A DNA stretch of 64,000 nt from Euglena gracilis (lineage: Eukaryota). The stretch is from NCBI GenBank assembly GCA_039621445.1, contig CP154954.1:17886589-17950588 (forward strand), read 5' to 3'. Positions 32,356-43,705 of the stretch are shown here, piece after piece (position 1 is the stretch's first letter; each line of letters opens with the position of its first letter). The notes below the pieces were generated by a model that made no database searches, was not told the DNA's origin, and was given only the letters and a program-made list of their open reading frames with translations. The position numbers were made by a program, and so were the translations under genes.

Positions 32356-34349
32356 GGTGTTTTTGCACTTTTTTTTTTTGCCCCAATGGGGCATTCCTAA
32401 TTGTATGAGCAGCATCCGGATCACATCCCTGTGGCCCCCGGCCTGCCCACTCCAAACCATCTCTGCCTAACACTTCCCCTTCCCCTGAACCCATCTCCTT
32501 TCTCCCCTTAACCTCATAACCAGACATCAGAGAACCTATCTGTCACACTCGCCGGGGCAGTTGCCCGTTAACTGCGCCTGCCCGAAAGAGCCACAGACCG
32601 TATGCTCTTATCCACGTGATAATTCACCCTATCCTAGTGCCCTCACACTCCCCCCCCTCTTTTTCCCCTCCTCTACCTTTCACATTGGTCCTCTGGACCA
32701 TCACACATAAACCTGCACTCCCCAAACCCCCAACCTTGAGCTTTGCTCAAGCGTCCGCTCGCTCACTCGTGCTTGTTGTATTTGTACATACTCCTAACCA
32801 TCGAGCACTTCCCCTGAACGCGCCACTTCTGTACATAGCCTTGCTCTCCTGAGCTCGTCAAATCCAGTGAACTCCCCTAATAAGTGCACGAGTGCGCACT
32901 GCATACTTTTTTCGGCAAAGCCAAAAATGCTCACTTTCCCCCAAGGTTGACGGCTTGTTTTTTTTGAAACAAAAAAAAACATGTTTTTTTAAAAAGTATG
33001 GTTTTTTTTTCAAAGAAACAAAAAAATGTCATGGAGGGTTTGGGGGAAAATTTTTTGCGGTGTTTTTCTGGAAAAAAATTCATTTTTTGTTTCTGCAGCA
33101 TTCATTTTTTTGATTTTTTGGGGTTGAAAGCATGATTTTTTGCACCAGAAAACACAGATTTGGAAATATTTTTACACATAAAAAAACTTTAGAGGGGGTA
33201 TTCCCCCCGTGACCCCCCCGACCCGACCTAAAGAACCTTTTTGGCCAACTTTTTTTTCTGAAAAAAGTCTCTCCTTTTTTTTCTGAAAAAAAACTTGGCC
33301 GGTGATGCCTAATTTGATAAAATATTGTTGGGGATTCCTAATTTGGAGCCTAAAAAGGATTTTTTTCCCCAAAAAAATTGTTTTTGGTGATTCCTAATTT
33401 GGCCACCGAAAATGTGATGTTCCCCCGTGACCCCCCCGTTACCCCCCCCATTTTTTTTCCTTCAAAAAATGGCCATTTCACAAAGAAAAAGGTCTTTTTT
33501 GATTTTTCAAAAAAAATTGTGTTTTTTCCAAAAAAACCGTCAACCCTGCTTTCCCCCCACCTTTTTCAATTTCCCTCCTCTTTTTTGATGTCAACCAATG
33601 AATAAAGTGATTATGTGTCAAACTTGGGCTTGGTTGATGGAAGCATTTGGTTTGAGAAGGGCAGTTTTGAGGACTGTGTGTGCTTTTCTGACCTGAGATG
33701 TGACAGTTATTTCTCCTTTGGGGGGGTGCGCTTTTTTAGGGAGGTAGTTTCACAGGTAGTTTCACTGCGTGCACATGAGGCAAAAGAAAGTGGAGGAGAT
33801 ATTGGTGAAAACTTTGTGTTGGAATTGTATTGTCAAGCTCCCCATGATGTGCTCTTTCTTTTCTTTCGGTCTGGCCGCGGGACGCCCTGGTGATATTCCT
33901 CCCACACGGTTGCAAGGTCACCTACATTGAAGCTCTCGACGCCTGAGCGGACGAGCTGGGCTGCTTGTCCCTGTGCTCTGCCACCTCGTGGGGACCACAA
34001 TGTTATTTTTTGAAAGAGGACCCAGTCTCGCAATGCCTCCCATGTGAGTGCTCCGAGCAAAGACGCTCTTGTGCCTCAAGGTATGGCAGCTCGTGGGATG
34101 TGCCAAAACAAAGGCCTGGTCCTGGACAGGAGATCGTGAATTGTTGTCGCCCTGGGTGCATTTGGCTGGTGAGACTTCTTCGTGGTGGTGGGGCGAACCG
34201 AGTCCACCGACCAATGGCATAGCCTAAACCCCCCCCTAATGAGTGCACAATGCCCTAATTATGTGCAGTGCCCTGATACGGGGCGAACTGAATCCACTGG
34301 AGGAGGTTAGGCACAGCGGGGGGGGGGGGGCTGAGGGGGGGGCGAGCGG

Positions 34350-34900
34350 CCGCGCGGGCGGCCGCGCGGGGGGGAGGGGGGGGAGGGGGGTCCGAGGGCG
34401 GCCGCGCGGGCGGAACGCATCCTAAAATCGGGGATTTTCGGGTCCAAAAAGTGGTCATTTTTTGCCATTTTTGGGCCATTTTTGACCAAAAAAGTGCTTT
34501 TTTGGCCGCGCGCAGAGCGCGCGGCCCCCAAATTTGCCATTTTGTGTCCCAAAATGGTCCTTTTTGGTCATTTTTGGGCCTCAAAAAATTCGCGATTTTT
34601 TCACCAAATTTTTTTTTTCTTGGCTATGCTAGGCACAGGGGGGGAGGGGGGGGTCCAGGGGGGGGCGAGCGGCCGCGCGGGCGGAACGCATCCTAAAATC
34701 GGGGATTTTCGGGTCCAAAAAGTGGTCATTTTTTGCCATTTTTGGGCCATTTTTGACCAAAAAAGTGCTTTTTTGGCCGCGCGCAGAGCGCGCGGCCCCC
34801 AAATTTGCCATTTTGTGTCCCAAAATGGTCCTTTTTGGTCATTTTTGGGCCTCAAAAAATTCGCGATTTTTTCACCAAATTTTTTTTTTCTTGGCTATGC
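34350..34900. repeat. Two tandem copies of a 271-bp unit
   Basis: CGGCCGCGCGGGCGGAACGCATCC at 34399 and 34670, near-identical downstream. Confidence 0.9.
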
Positions 34901-36408
34901 TAGGCACAGGGGGGGGAGGGGGGGGGCGGAAGGGGGGCGAGCGGCTGCGCAGGCAGGGGCCGCGCGGGGGGGGGGGTCCGGGACCCCCCCGAGCGGCGCG
35001 CCTAGCCTCCATGAGTGCTCCGAGCAAAGACGCTTTTGTGCCTCAAGGTATGGCAGCTCGTGGGATGTGCCAAAACAAAGGCCTGGTCCTGGACAGGAGA
35101 TCGTGAATTGTTGTCGCCCTGGGTGCATTTGGCTGGTGAGACTTCTTCGTGGTGGTGGGGCGAACCGAGTCCACCGACCAATGGCATAGCCTAAACCCCC
35201 CCTAATGAGTGCACAATGCCCTAATTATGTGCAGTGCCCTGATACAGGGCGAACTGAATCCACTGACCATCGGCACTACCTACTGGATTTGAGAATGTTC
35301 GGGGATGCAAGACCATATACATAACGAAATTGTGAGGATGTAGTCAATGGCTTTCCCATAACGTCAAACAACACACGGCAATCAATCATGATACAAGACA
35401 TCTAACATTAAAACATGAAATCCTTCAAGCATAGTTGGCAGCTTGTTTTTTTTGGACGCTGTTTTTTTGTTTTTTATTATTAAAACAATGTTTTTTTTAA
35501 AAAAATGCCAACAAGGTTTTGTTCCCGAAAAAAAATTTTTGAACGCGCATTTTCAATCATTTTGGCAAGTTTTGGGTCATTTTTGCCAGAATTTTCCTTG
35601 CACAAAAAACATGAAAAAAGTCATAAAGTTGCATTTTTTGCATTTTTGGATGTTTTTGACCATTTTTTGGCAATTTCTGAACTTAGCAGGATTCAAAGTA
35701 TGGTTTGGGTGTTTCGTGACGATTTTTTTTTTTAATGAATGATCCAAGGAGGACATGTGGAATGGCTCCTTGTGTCAAATTACTGGTGGAAGAGTGGGTT
35801 GTCAACGCAAGAGTGTTTCCATGTATTTCGAGCCCAAACGACGGCCACATGCTGCTTACTTGAAAGAACCGCATGGCTTTTGATGGGCATTTGTGCTGCC
35901 CCTTGCAAAGTCTTTTGCCCCATTGGGCTGATTGAACATTAAACTTGGGGTGAGGAAATAACATTCTCTACATTGGCATTGTGATTCCATGCTGTAGGAA
36001 TGTGCACCCGAGCTCGAAGCATGGGCACAACTGACTTGTGCATCACATTCCGCCTCTACACCCACGGACATCGTATGACAAGCGAACATGGTGTGTAATA
36101 AGGCGACCCCTTTGGACTGCTCTTCTTTGCTCTTGCGTGGTAGGATGTGGTCCAAGCGTTCCCAAAAGACCTGGCCTTAAGCCGGCGTTTGAGACGCCGG
36201 GTTCAGGACAGAACCGGCGCCCCCCCCCTGGGTTTTCCGGACGCCGGTTCTGTCCTAAAACTCGGCGTTAGGAACACCAGTTCTGTCCAAAACCCGGCGT
36301 CCGGTTTGGGACTGTATTTTGTGCAAAAAAGGTGTGCAAATGTGACCCCGGAAGCGAAATCTCCTTGGCTGAAGGGGGATAAGAGGCTGATTGATAAGAG
36401 ACACAATT

Positions 36409-36749
36409 GGGGCTTTGGCAGGGGGGGGGGAGGGGGGTCCCGAGGTCTGATTTTTTTTGCATTTTTTGGCACTTTTTGCTGTACTTTCTCAACACAAGGG
36501 GGGGGGAGGGTCCTGGGGTCCCAACTGTACTGCCAACCCCCCCCTCAAAAATTGGCCAAAAACCGGCGCCGAAGGCGCCGGAAAAATTTTTATGGCCTTT
36601 TTTTGGTCCAAAAAGGCCATTTTTGGTCCAAAAAGGCCATCTGTCTCTGACCGTTCGGCACTAGGGGGGGGGGTCCCAAAAATCCCAACTGTACAGGGGG
36701 GGGGGAGGGGGGGGTCCCCAAAAAACCCCAACTGTACTGCCATCGCCCC
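36409..36749. mobile_element. MITE with 3-bp TSD (PIF/Harbinger-like)
   Basis: TIR GGGGC..TGGCAG; TSD ATT; empty site AAAATTGCTGAG near 48705 in copy 2. Confidence 0.85.
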
Positions 36750-39159
36750 ATTGCTGAGTGCAAAATATCATGGATAAGTGGCAGCAAGTGTTTTGCAATT
36801 TTTGAGGTGAGTGGAGGATTGCCATACAGGGAGCCACAGCCGCAATTACAGGGCAAAAGTTACAAAGCAAAAGTTACAAAACAAAACATATTGCCGGCAA
36901 GGAAACACATTGCGGAAATTTTGGCTGGACCCCACTAGGTTTTTTCAGAAGTACGGTTGGGAAATTTTGGGTGGACCCCCCTGAGTTTTTTCAGGCATAC
37001 GGCAGGGAAATTTTGGCTGGACCCACGGTTAAATGTTGACTGCCCACCCCTGGGTTTTTTATTAGGGGGAGCACGCCGTCGGCTGGGAGGTACATCTGGC
37101 TTGGGGGGGGGGTTGTGGGCCGACCCTGGGGTCGGCCCACGGTCGCCAAAGGTTGCCCAAGGAGCCGTCCGGGAGACCCCCCAAGTGGGCTCCCGGAGCT
37201 GGCCTGGGGGGGGGGTTTAGTGGGGGTCGACCATGGTCGTTCTCGGCCGCTATGGGTGATTCCTACTGAGTTTTTTTCCCACCTTTTTTGCCATGTGGCG
37301 GCGTAGGCAACTGTTCCAGGGCCCTAAAATAACAAAATCCCTTGTGTGTGTAACGCCTTTTGCTCGTATGTTGCGCAAATTTTGCATGTAGCGCACATTT
37401 TGACATCTACCCCCCCACGACCGAGGGCGACCGAGAGCGACCATGGTCGACCCCCACTACCCCCCCCCCCCGGATAAATCTACCCTCCCCCAGTGGGCCG
37501 ACCCTAGGGTCGCCGGCTTAGGGTCGACTTAGGGTAGGCCCACCCCACGACCTCCCCCCCCCTTCCAGGATCTGGCCTGGGGGGAGGGGGGTAGTGGGCC
37601 GACCCTAGGGTCGGCCCACGGTCGCCAAAGGTCGCCAAAGTGAATCACAAAAACAACTTAGCCCCCAAGTATGTTAATAATCTTTCGAACTCTAGAAGAG
37701 AATGGGCAACTTTTAGTCGCTTGAAACCATTTCACACAAAATTTGAGCCTTTTTTGTCCACTATTGGGTAAATTTTTGCCAGTTTGTCAAAAACGGGACA
37801 CCCGTTGAGCAATTTTCAGTCATTCGAAGAATTTGTCGACAAAAATCGTTCACAATGACTGGATAATGACCCAAAAATAGGCTGAAATGGTCAGAATTCG
37901 TCAAAAAAGGTCCAATATTGGCAAAATTGACAAAAATTGGGTAAAATTAATTCAAATTAGCAAAAAATGCAACCTCCACCAACGATGAACATGACCTTGA
38001 AGGGAGATTGACGGTGAAATTGCTTCTGCATTGCAAGGCTGTGGCTCGGGTCATTTTCCCGTGAGTCACACGGCTGGCCGACGGCTGGCCGACGGGGCTC
38101 CCGGATCTGGCCTGGGGGGGGGGGGTTGTGGGCCAACCCCAGGGTCGGCCCACGGTCGCCAAAGGTCGCCAAAGGTCGCTATGGTCGACCCCCCCCCCAG
38201 GCTGTGGAGTGGGTGGCGACCCTAGAAACCCTTGTGGGCTGACCCTAGGGTCGACTTAGGGTCGGCCCACCACACGACCCCCCCCCCCTACAACCCTAGA
38301 ACCCCAGGGTCGACTTAGGGTCGGCCCACCCCACGACCTCCCCCCCTCCCTGCCACCTAAGGGTCGACTTAGGGTCGAAGAAAAAAAAGAAGATTTTGGG
38401 AACATTGACTTGGGACGCTAGGAATTTGGCAGGTCTGAATTGCTTCCTGCCCAACCGTTTTGGATGGCAAACCCCTTTTTTGCCCAACTGTTCGAGGGCC
38501 CCAAAGTAACAAAATCCCTTGTGTTACCCACCTGTTTTGGGGGGCAAATCCCTTGCGTAACCCAACTGATTTGGGGGGCAAATCCCTTTTGTTGCCCAAC
38601 TGTTCGAGGGCCCCAAAATAACAAAATCCCTTATGTTACCCACCCAGGGCCCCGAAATAACAAATTCCCTTCTATGTTGGTAACCGTGTTTAGAGGCCCA
38701 ACGCCTGCCCTATATTTTGTGGCTATGAACACGGGAAACAGGGCATGCTTTCTTAACCCGGCAATATGCCCTGTTTTTCGTGGTAAGGTGAACACGAAAA
38801 ACAGGGCATATTGCTGTGTTCAGGTTTTTCTCCAAAAATTAAGACCTTTCAAACAAAGAACATAACTATTTTGAATCACTTGGAATTGCTTCGAACCCGA
38901 GTGGAGAGCAGACAGATGATGGAATGGCACATGAGGAGGGACGAAGTTGCGACCAGTGCAACGACAAATAGCGTTGTGCTGTGGATGATCAGATGGGGAC
39001 ACACTAACGGGGTTTGCACGAATGACACACCCACGATCTATGTTTGGGCTTGTGGCACAAATTCACGCAACGACAATGGTAAGACAATGAACACACGTCA
39101 CATCACACATGATTCATATCACGACACGGAGAGCATGGGGGAACATCCACACCACATTG

Positions 39160-39690
39160 GGCACAGGTGAGGGTTGAAGTGGATGTCCTTGAACGTAGGT
39201 GGCGCTAGACGACGCCCGACACCCAGGCGGCAACACCACGGAACGTCTCCTCCGTCGTGGGCGGGCTGAGCAAGCTCGCAGCCGTAACGCGGCACGACCG
39301 AAAGAGCCAGTTCCCATCCACCCCAGCTGGTGCCAAACCGACCAGTGTTCGTTGCCTCTCAAAGGCAGCCACGGGGCAAGTTGCCGGATCGGGCCCTTCC
39401 ACGATGACTTGCCGCATCAGGGCCATATCCGATTAGCCCAATGATTGCTGATTTTTTTTCACGGTGGGAACGGACACATAAAGCACCCCACCACGTTTCT
39501 CCCAACCCCCCCCCAATTGCCGCATTGCCTTGCTGGCCTGAAAGCCCATGGTACAACTTCAGGGAGTTCATTTCGACCGCAACAAGCTCGGGCGACCGCC
39601 ACACCCCTGACAACTGGAATTGGGATGCTATCCCCAACAGTATGAGGAGATGTGCACGAGTTCTGATGCCAACCTTGATGGTTCATAGCT
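39160..39690 (-). pseudogene. Degenerate tyrosine recombinase catalytic-domain fragment
   Basis: RAHLLILLG...WRSPELVAV (box I-like), then after frameshift and stop KNQ...RQVIVEGPDPATCPVAAFER...WLFR. Confidence 0.65.
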
Positions 39691-39759
39691 GACAATTAGG
39701 GCAAATTAAGGCACAACGGTGCTTTCTATATATTGCAAAAACTGGCTCCTACACTAGAC

Positions 39760-40850
39760 AGGGGTGTGGGGGGGATGTGGGGGGGTGTGGGGGGGGGGTA
39801 TGGGGGGTGTGGGGGGGGTTAGGGGGTAGGGGGGGGGGGGTTAGGGGGGGGGTTAGGGGGGTAGGGGGGGGGGTTAGGGGGTAGGGGGGGGGGTTAGGGG
39901 GGGGGTCAGGGGGGGGTTTGGGGGGGTTAGGGGTGTTGGTTTCGAGGGGGGGGGGATGGGTAAGTCGGCAAATGTCTTGTCTTTGACGTGTTTTCAGACA
40001 TCAGGTCTTCTTCCTCCATCAATTTCCTGGTATTCTCTATCTTGGCAAGAAATTGGGATCGTTATGAGCCTCTGTTTGCATATGGGATGTATCTTGGGAT
40101 TGTGTTATTTTGGTTCTGGGGGGGGGTTCGGGGGGGGGGGGGCGGAGCCCCCCCCCGCCGTGCCGGACAGTTGCATACGACCCGCTCTTTCCTCAAAAAA
40201 AAAATTCCAAACTTGGGATTGTGTTATTTGGTTCTGGGGGGAGGGTTCGGGGGGGGGGGGGGGGGGGGGCCCCCCCCCGCCGTGCCAGACAGTTGCATAC
40301 GACCCGCTCTTTCGTCAAAAAAAAATTTCCAAACTTGGGATTGTGTTATTTTGGTTCTGGGGGGGGGTTCGGGGGGGGGGGCGGAGCCCCCCCCCCCCGC
40401 CGTGCCGGACAGTTGCATACGACCCGCTCTTTCCTCAAAAAAATTTTCCATATTTGGGATTGTGTATTTTGGTTCTGGGGGGGGGGTTCGGCGGGGGGGG
40501 GCGGAGCCCCCCCCCCCGCCGTGCCGGACAGTTGCATACGACCCGCTCTTTCATCAAAAAATTCGGTGTTATTCTGCTTCTGGTAGGGTTGGGGGCAGGC
40601 GGGGGGTTCGGGGGAGGGGGGGGGGGGGTTAGGGGGTAGGGGGGGTTAGGGGGTAGGGGGGATTAGGGGGGGGGTTAGGGGGTAGGGGGTAGGGGGGGGG
40701 TTAGGGGGTAGGGGGGGTTAGGGGGGGGGGAGGGGGGGGGGGGAGGGGGGTTAGGGGGTAGGGGGGGTTAGGGGGGGGGGTTAGGGGGGGGGTTAGGGGG
40801 TTAGGGGGGGGTTAGGGGGGGGGTTAGGGGGTAGGGGGGGGGTAGGGGTC
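39760..40850 (+). repeat. G-rich telomere-like tracts flanking four copies of an approximately 120-bp unit
   Basis: (T)TAG(5-9) repeats at about 39820-39935 and 40625-40850; unit containing GGACAGTTGCATACGACCCGCTCTTT x4 at about 40090-40560. Confidence 0.9.
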
Positions 40851-42189
40851 CCGGCTTCGTGCCATTACTCGGGCCGTAGGCCACCGGACCCTTCATCGGT
40901 GGCAACTTTTTGCAACAATGCGCAGTGATAATGGGGGGGGCGGGGGGGGGCAGCCCCCCCCCCCCCCCCCGCCCCCGGGGCCGTAGGCCACCGGACCCCT
41001 CATCGGTGGCAATTTTTTGCAAATGTGGGGTGGGGGCGCAGCCCCCCCTCCCCCCCGCCGCGGTGGCCGTAGGCCACCGGACCCCTCATCGGTGGCTGTG
41101 GACCTACCACCCCCCCCCCCTTATTGTCCCACCCACCTCTCCCCGGGAGGCCCGACCGGACAATAAGGGGGGGGGACAATAAGGGGGTACCAAAGGAATT
41201 TTCATTGGCCGGGCCAAAAAATCCCCCGTCGGCCGGGGCCCAGGGACAATAAGGGGGGGGGGACAATAAGGGGGGGGGGTGGTAGATAATGTCTATCTCG
41301 GCTCCAATTTTTCACGGAAAAAAACATAAATTTTCATGGAAAAAAATACCAAAGTTTTCAGGTTTAAGTTGTTTTCAGGAGGGGTGATAAAACTGCAAAG
41401 TCAAAAAAACTGCCCCAAATTTTGGCACACTCAAATTTTATGACATTTTTTCTCTTGGCAAATTTTTGGTGTTTCAACCATTTTTTTTTTTGCTTCAAAA
41501 ACCTACGACATTCAAACCTTTGAGAAAATTGTGAAATTTGGACGGTGTGGGAAAAAATGCGGGTTTGGGCGAGTTTTGGAGGGACCTCCAATTTGCCAAC
41601 ATAGGTCCCAAAATGGGTCCAAAATACCCCCGGCGCCGAACCCACACTGGAGTCACCCCCCCTGTTAGTCACCCTGGCCGAATTTCCCTTCCAGGGGGGG
41701 TGACTAACTCGCGGGGGGGGGGCACGGTATCGAAGGCACGGAAATGTCAAGAAAATTCAAAGAAATTACAACAAAAATCGTAAAAAGTTTTGGCAGGATT
41801 TGGATAACCAAAATGCAACTTTTTGATGTGTCAAATACAAAAAACTGAACACTGTGAAAATGAAAGCACGAGGTATTGCAAAAACTGGCTCCTACACTAG
41901 ACATTTACCCCCACACCCCCCCTCACACCCCCCCACACCCCACCCCCCCCCCACACCCCCCACCACCCCCCCCCACCCCCCCCCCACCCCCCCCACACCC
42001 CCCCACACCCCCCCACACCCCCCCCACAGACTAACTCGGGGGGGGGTGACCATCTCGGGCGGGGGGGGGGGGGGGTGGGTGTCATGCGGTTTATGGCAAG
42101 GCAAACCACAAGAGTGCTTGATCATTCTTGAACTAGTGGCCAGTGACGGCGTGTCACGGGCAGAAGGAACATTTCCCGGAGCTAATCCG

Positions 42190-42460
42190 CAAGCCACACT
42201 TGTAGAAGGAACGATGCACTCGCTTCCGACCATTTCCAGCAGCCACTTGTCGGCAAATTCCAACCTCCTCCTTCCTTCAACGGAAAAGGACCCGGCGATC
42301 AACTTCAGGGTACTTCCCCAAAGTTTCTCGCACAGTGTGGTTCCTGGAGAACTGTGGCCAAATAAGAAAAGAAGAAGCACTTAACCACCGGTGACGTACC
42401 TTGATGATGGTCACGTTTTCATCATTTGAGATTGTTCTCCTTGTCCGGGGGACCACGGGG
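42190..42460 (-). pseudogene. pogo/Tigger-like transposase N-terminal HTH remnant with 48-nt GT-AG intron
   Basis: RRTISNDENVTIIK|FSRNHTVRETLGKYPEVDRRVLFR*RKEE; intron 42352-42399; lies inside a TA-flanked element. Confidence 0.55.
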
Positions 42461-43259
42461 TTCACCACGGGGTTGTGGATGGGATCTGAGGGCAGCACCT
42501 AGTGCATGGAATTTTCCAAAAAGGCTTCACAACATGCAAACAAACCTCACCAGCAACTTGAATCGCAGCTCCTTGGGACGGAACCTCTGGCACTCGTGCC
42601 TTCGGCCCAAAACGCACAGTAGTTTGCTTCATTTTGCCAAAGAAAGGTGGCTGTGGGGGCAAAGCCGGGGGTGACTAATAGGGGGGGGGGTGACCAACTC
42701 GGGGGGTGGGCATGGTAATCCAAATTACAACCTTCCTTCCACTTCCATGACAAAAACCACTGCAAAAGGAAAACATTTTTCAAAATTTTCTTCGTTGAAA
42801 ATTTTGGGGAAAAACTGGAAAAAGCATTTTATCTTGGAAAAATGCGGAAATTTTCACTGGAAAATTTTCCTGGAAATGTTTTGGCAATCCTACTGTGGCG
42901 AAGTGGGGTGGGGGCAGTCAAATGCCTGCTACCCCCCCCCTTTATTGTCCCCCCCCTTTATTGTCCCTGGGCCCCGGCCGACGGCGGGTTTTTTTGGCCC
43001 AGCCAATGAAATTCCTTTGGTACCCCTTTATTGTCCCCCCCCCCCCTTAGTTGCACTAAGGCTTCTTGTCTGTTTATGGCCGGCGCTAACTTCGCTTCTG
43101 GCCCAGTTTGCTGCGTGGTGTCCCCCCCCCCTTTATTGTCCGGTCGGGCCTCCTGGGGGCAGGTCGGTGGGACAATAAAGGGGGGGGGTACTGGACGGTG
43201 CCAACTTTGGTCACCAGGTAATTGAATGCTCCCTTTGTCTAACGACCATTTTAGGGGGG

Positions 43260-43705
43260 GGAAATGCGTTTCGCATTTTTTCGCATTTTTGCGCATTTTT
43301 TGCGCATTATTTCAAATTTTCCAAAAATGCGAATTTTTTGCGCATTTTTTCGCATTTTTTGCGCATTTTTTTCGTTTTTTTCAGCGCATTTTTTTTGCTT
43401 TTTGCCACATTTTTTCGTGATTTTCCAAAATTTTCGCATTTTTTGACCATTTTTGCAATTTTTTGCAAAAATTTGAAATTTTTGACTTTTTTTGAAACTT
43501 AAATTTTCCTCATTATTTTACATAATTTCTTCAAATTTGGTGCCATTTTTTGCATGTTTTTGGGTAATTTTTGCATTTTCGTGATTTTTGCGCATTTTTC
43601 CTCGGATTTTGCACATTTTTGCGCATTTTTTCCAAAAATGCGCATTTTTGCGCATTTTTTTGCGCATTTTTGCGCATTTTTGCGCATTTTTGCGCATTTT
43701 TTCCG
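43260..43705. repeat. TTTTTGCGCA-type 10-mer arrays (copy at 54808-55225)
   Basis: Direct reading; bounded by G(n)AATGCG / CGCATTC(n) inverted ends. Confidence 0.85.

Noticed and set aside
40090-40560. Regular repeats resembling a CRISPR array
   Set aside because: Whole units repeat with no unique spacers, no cas genes, eukaryotic context.
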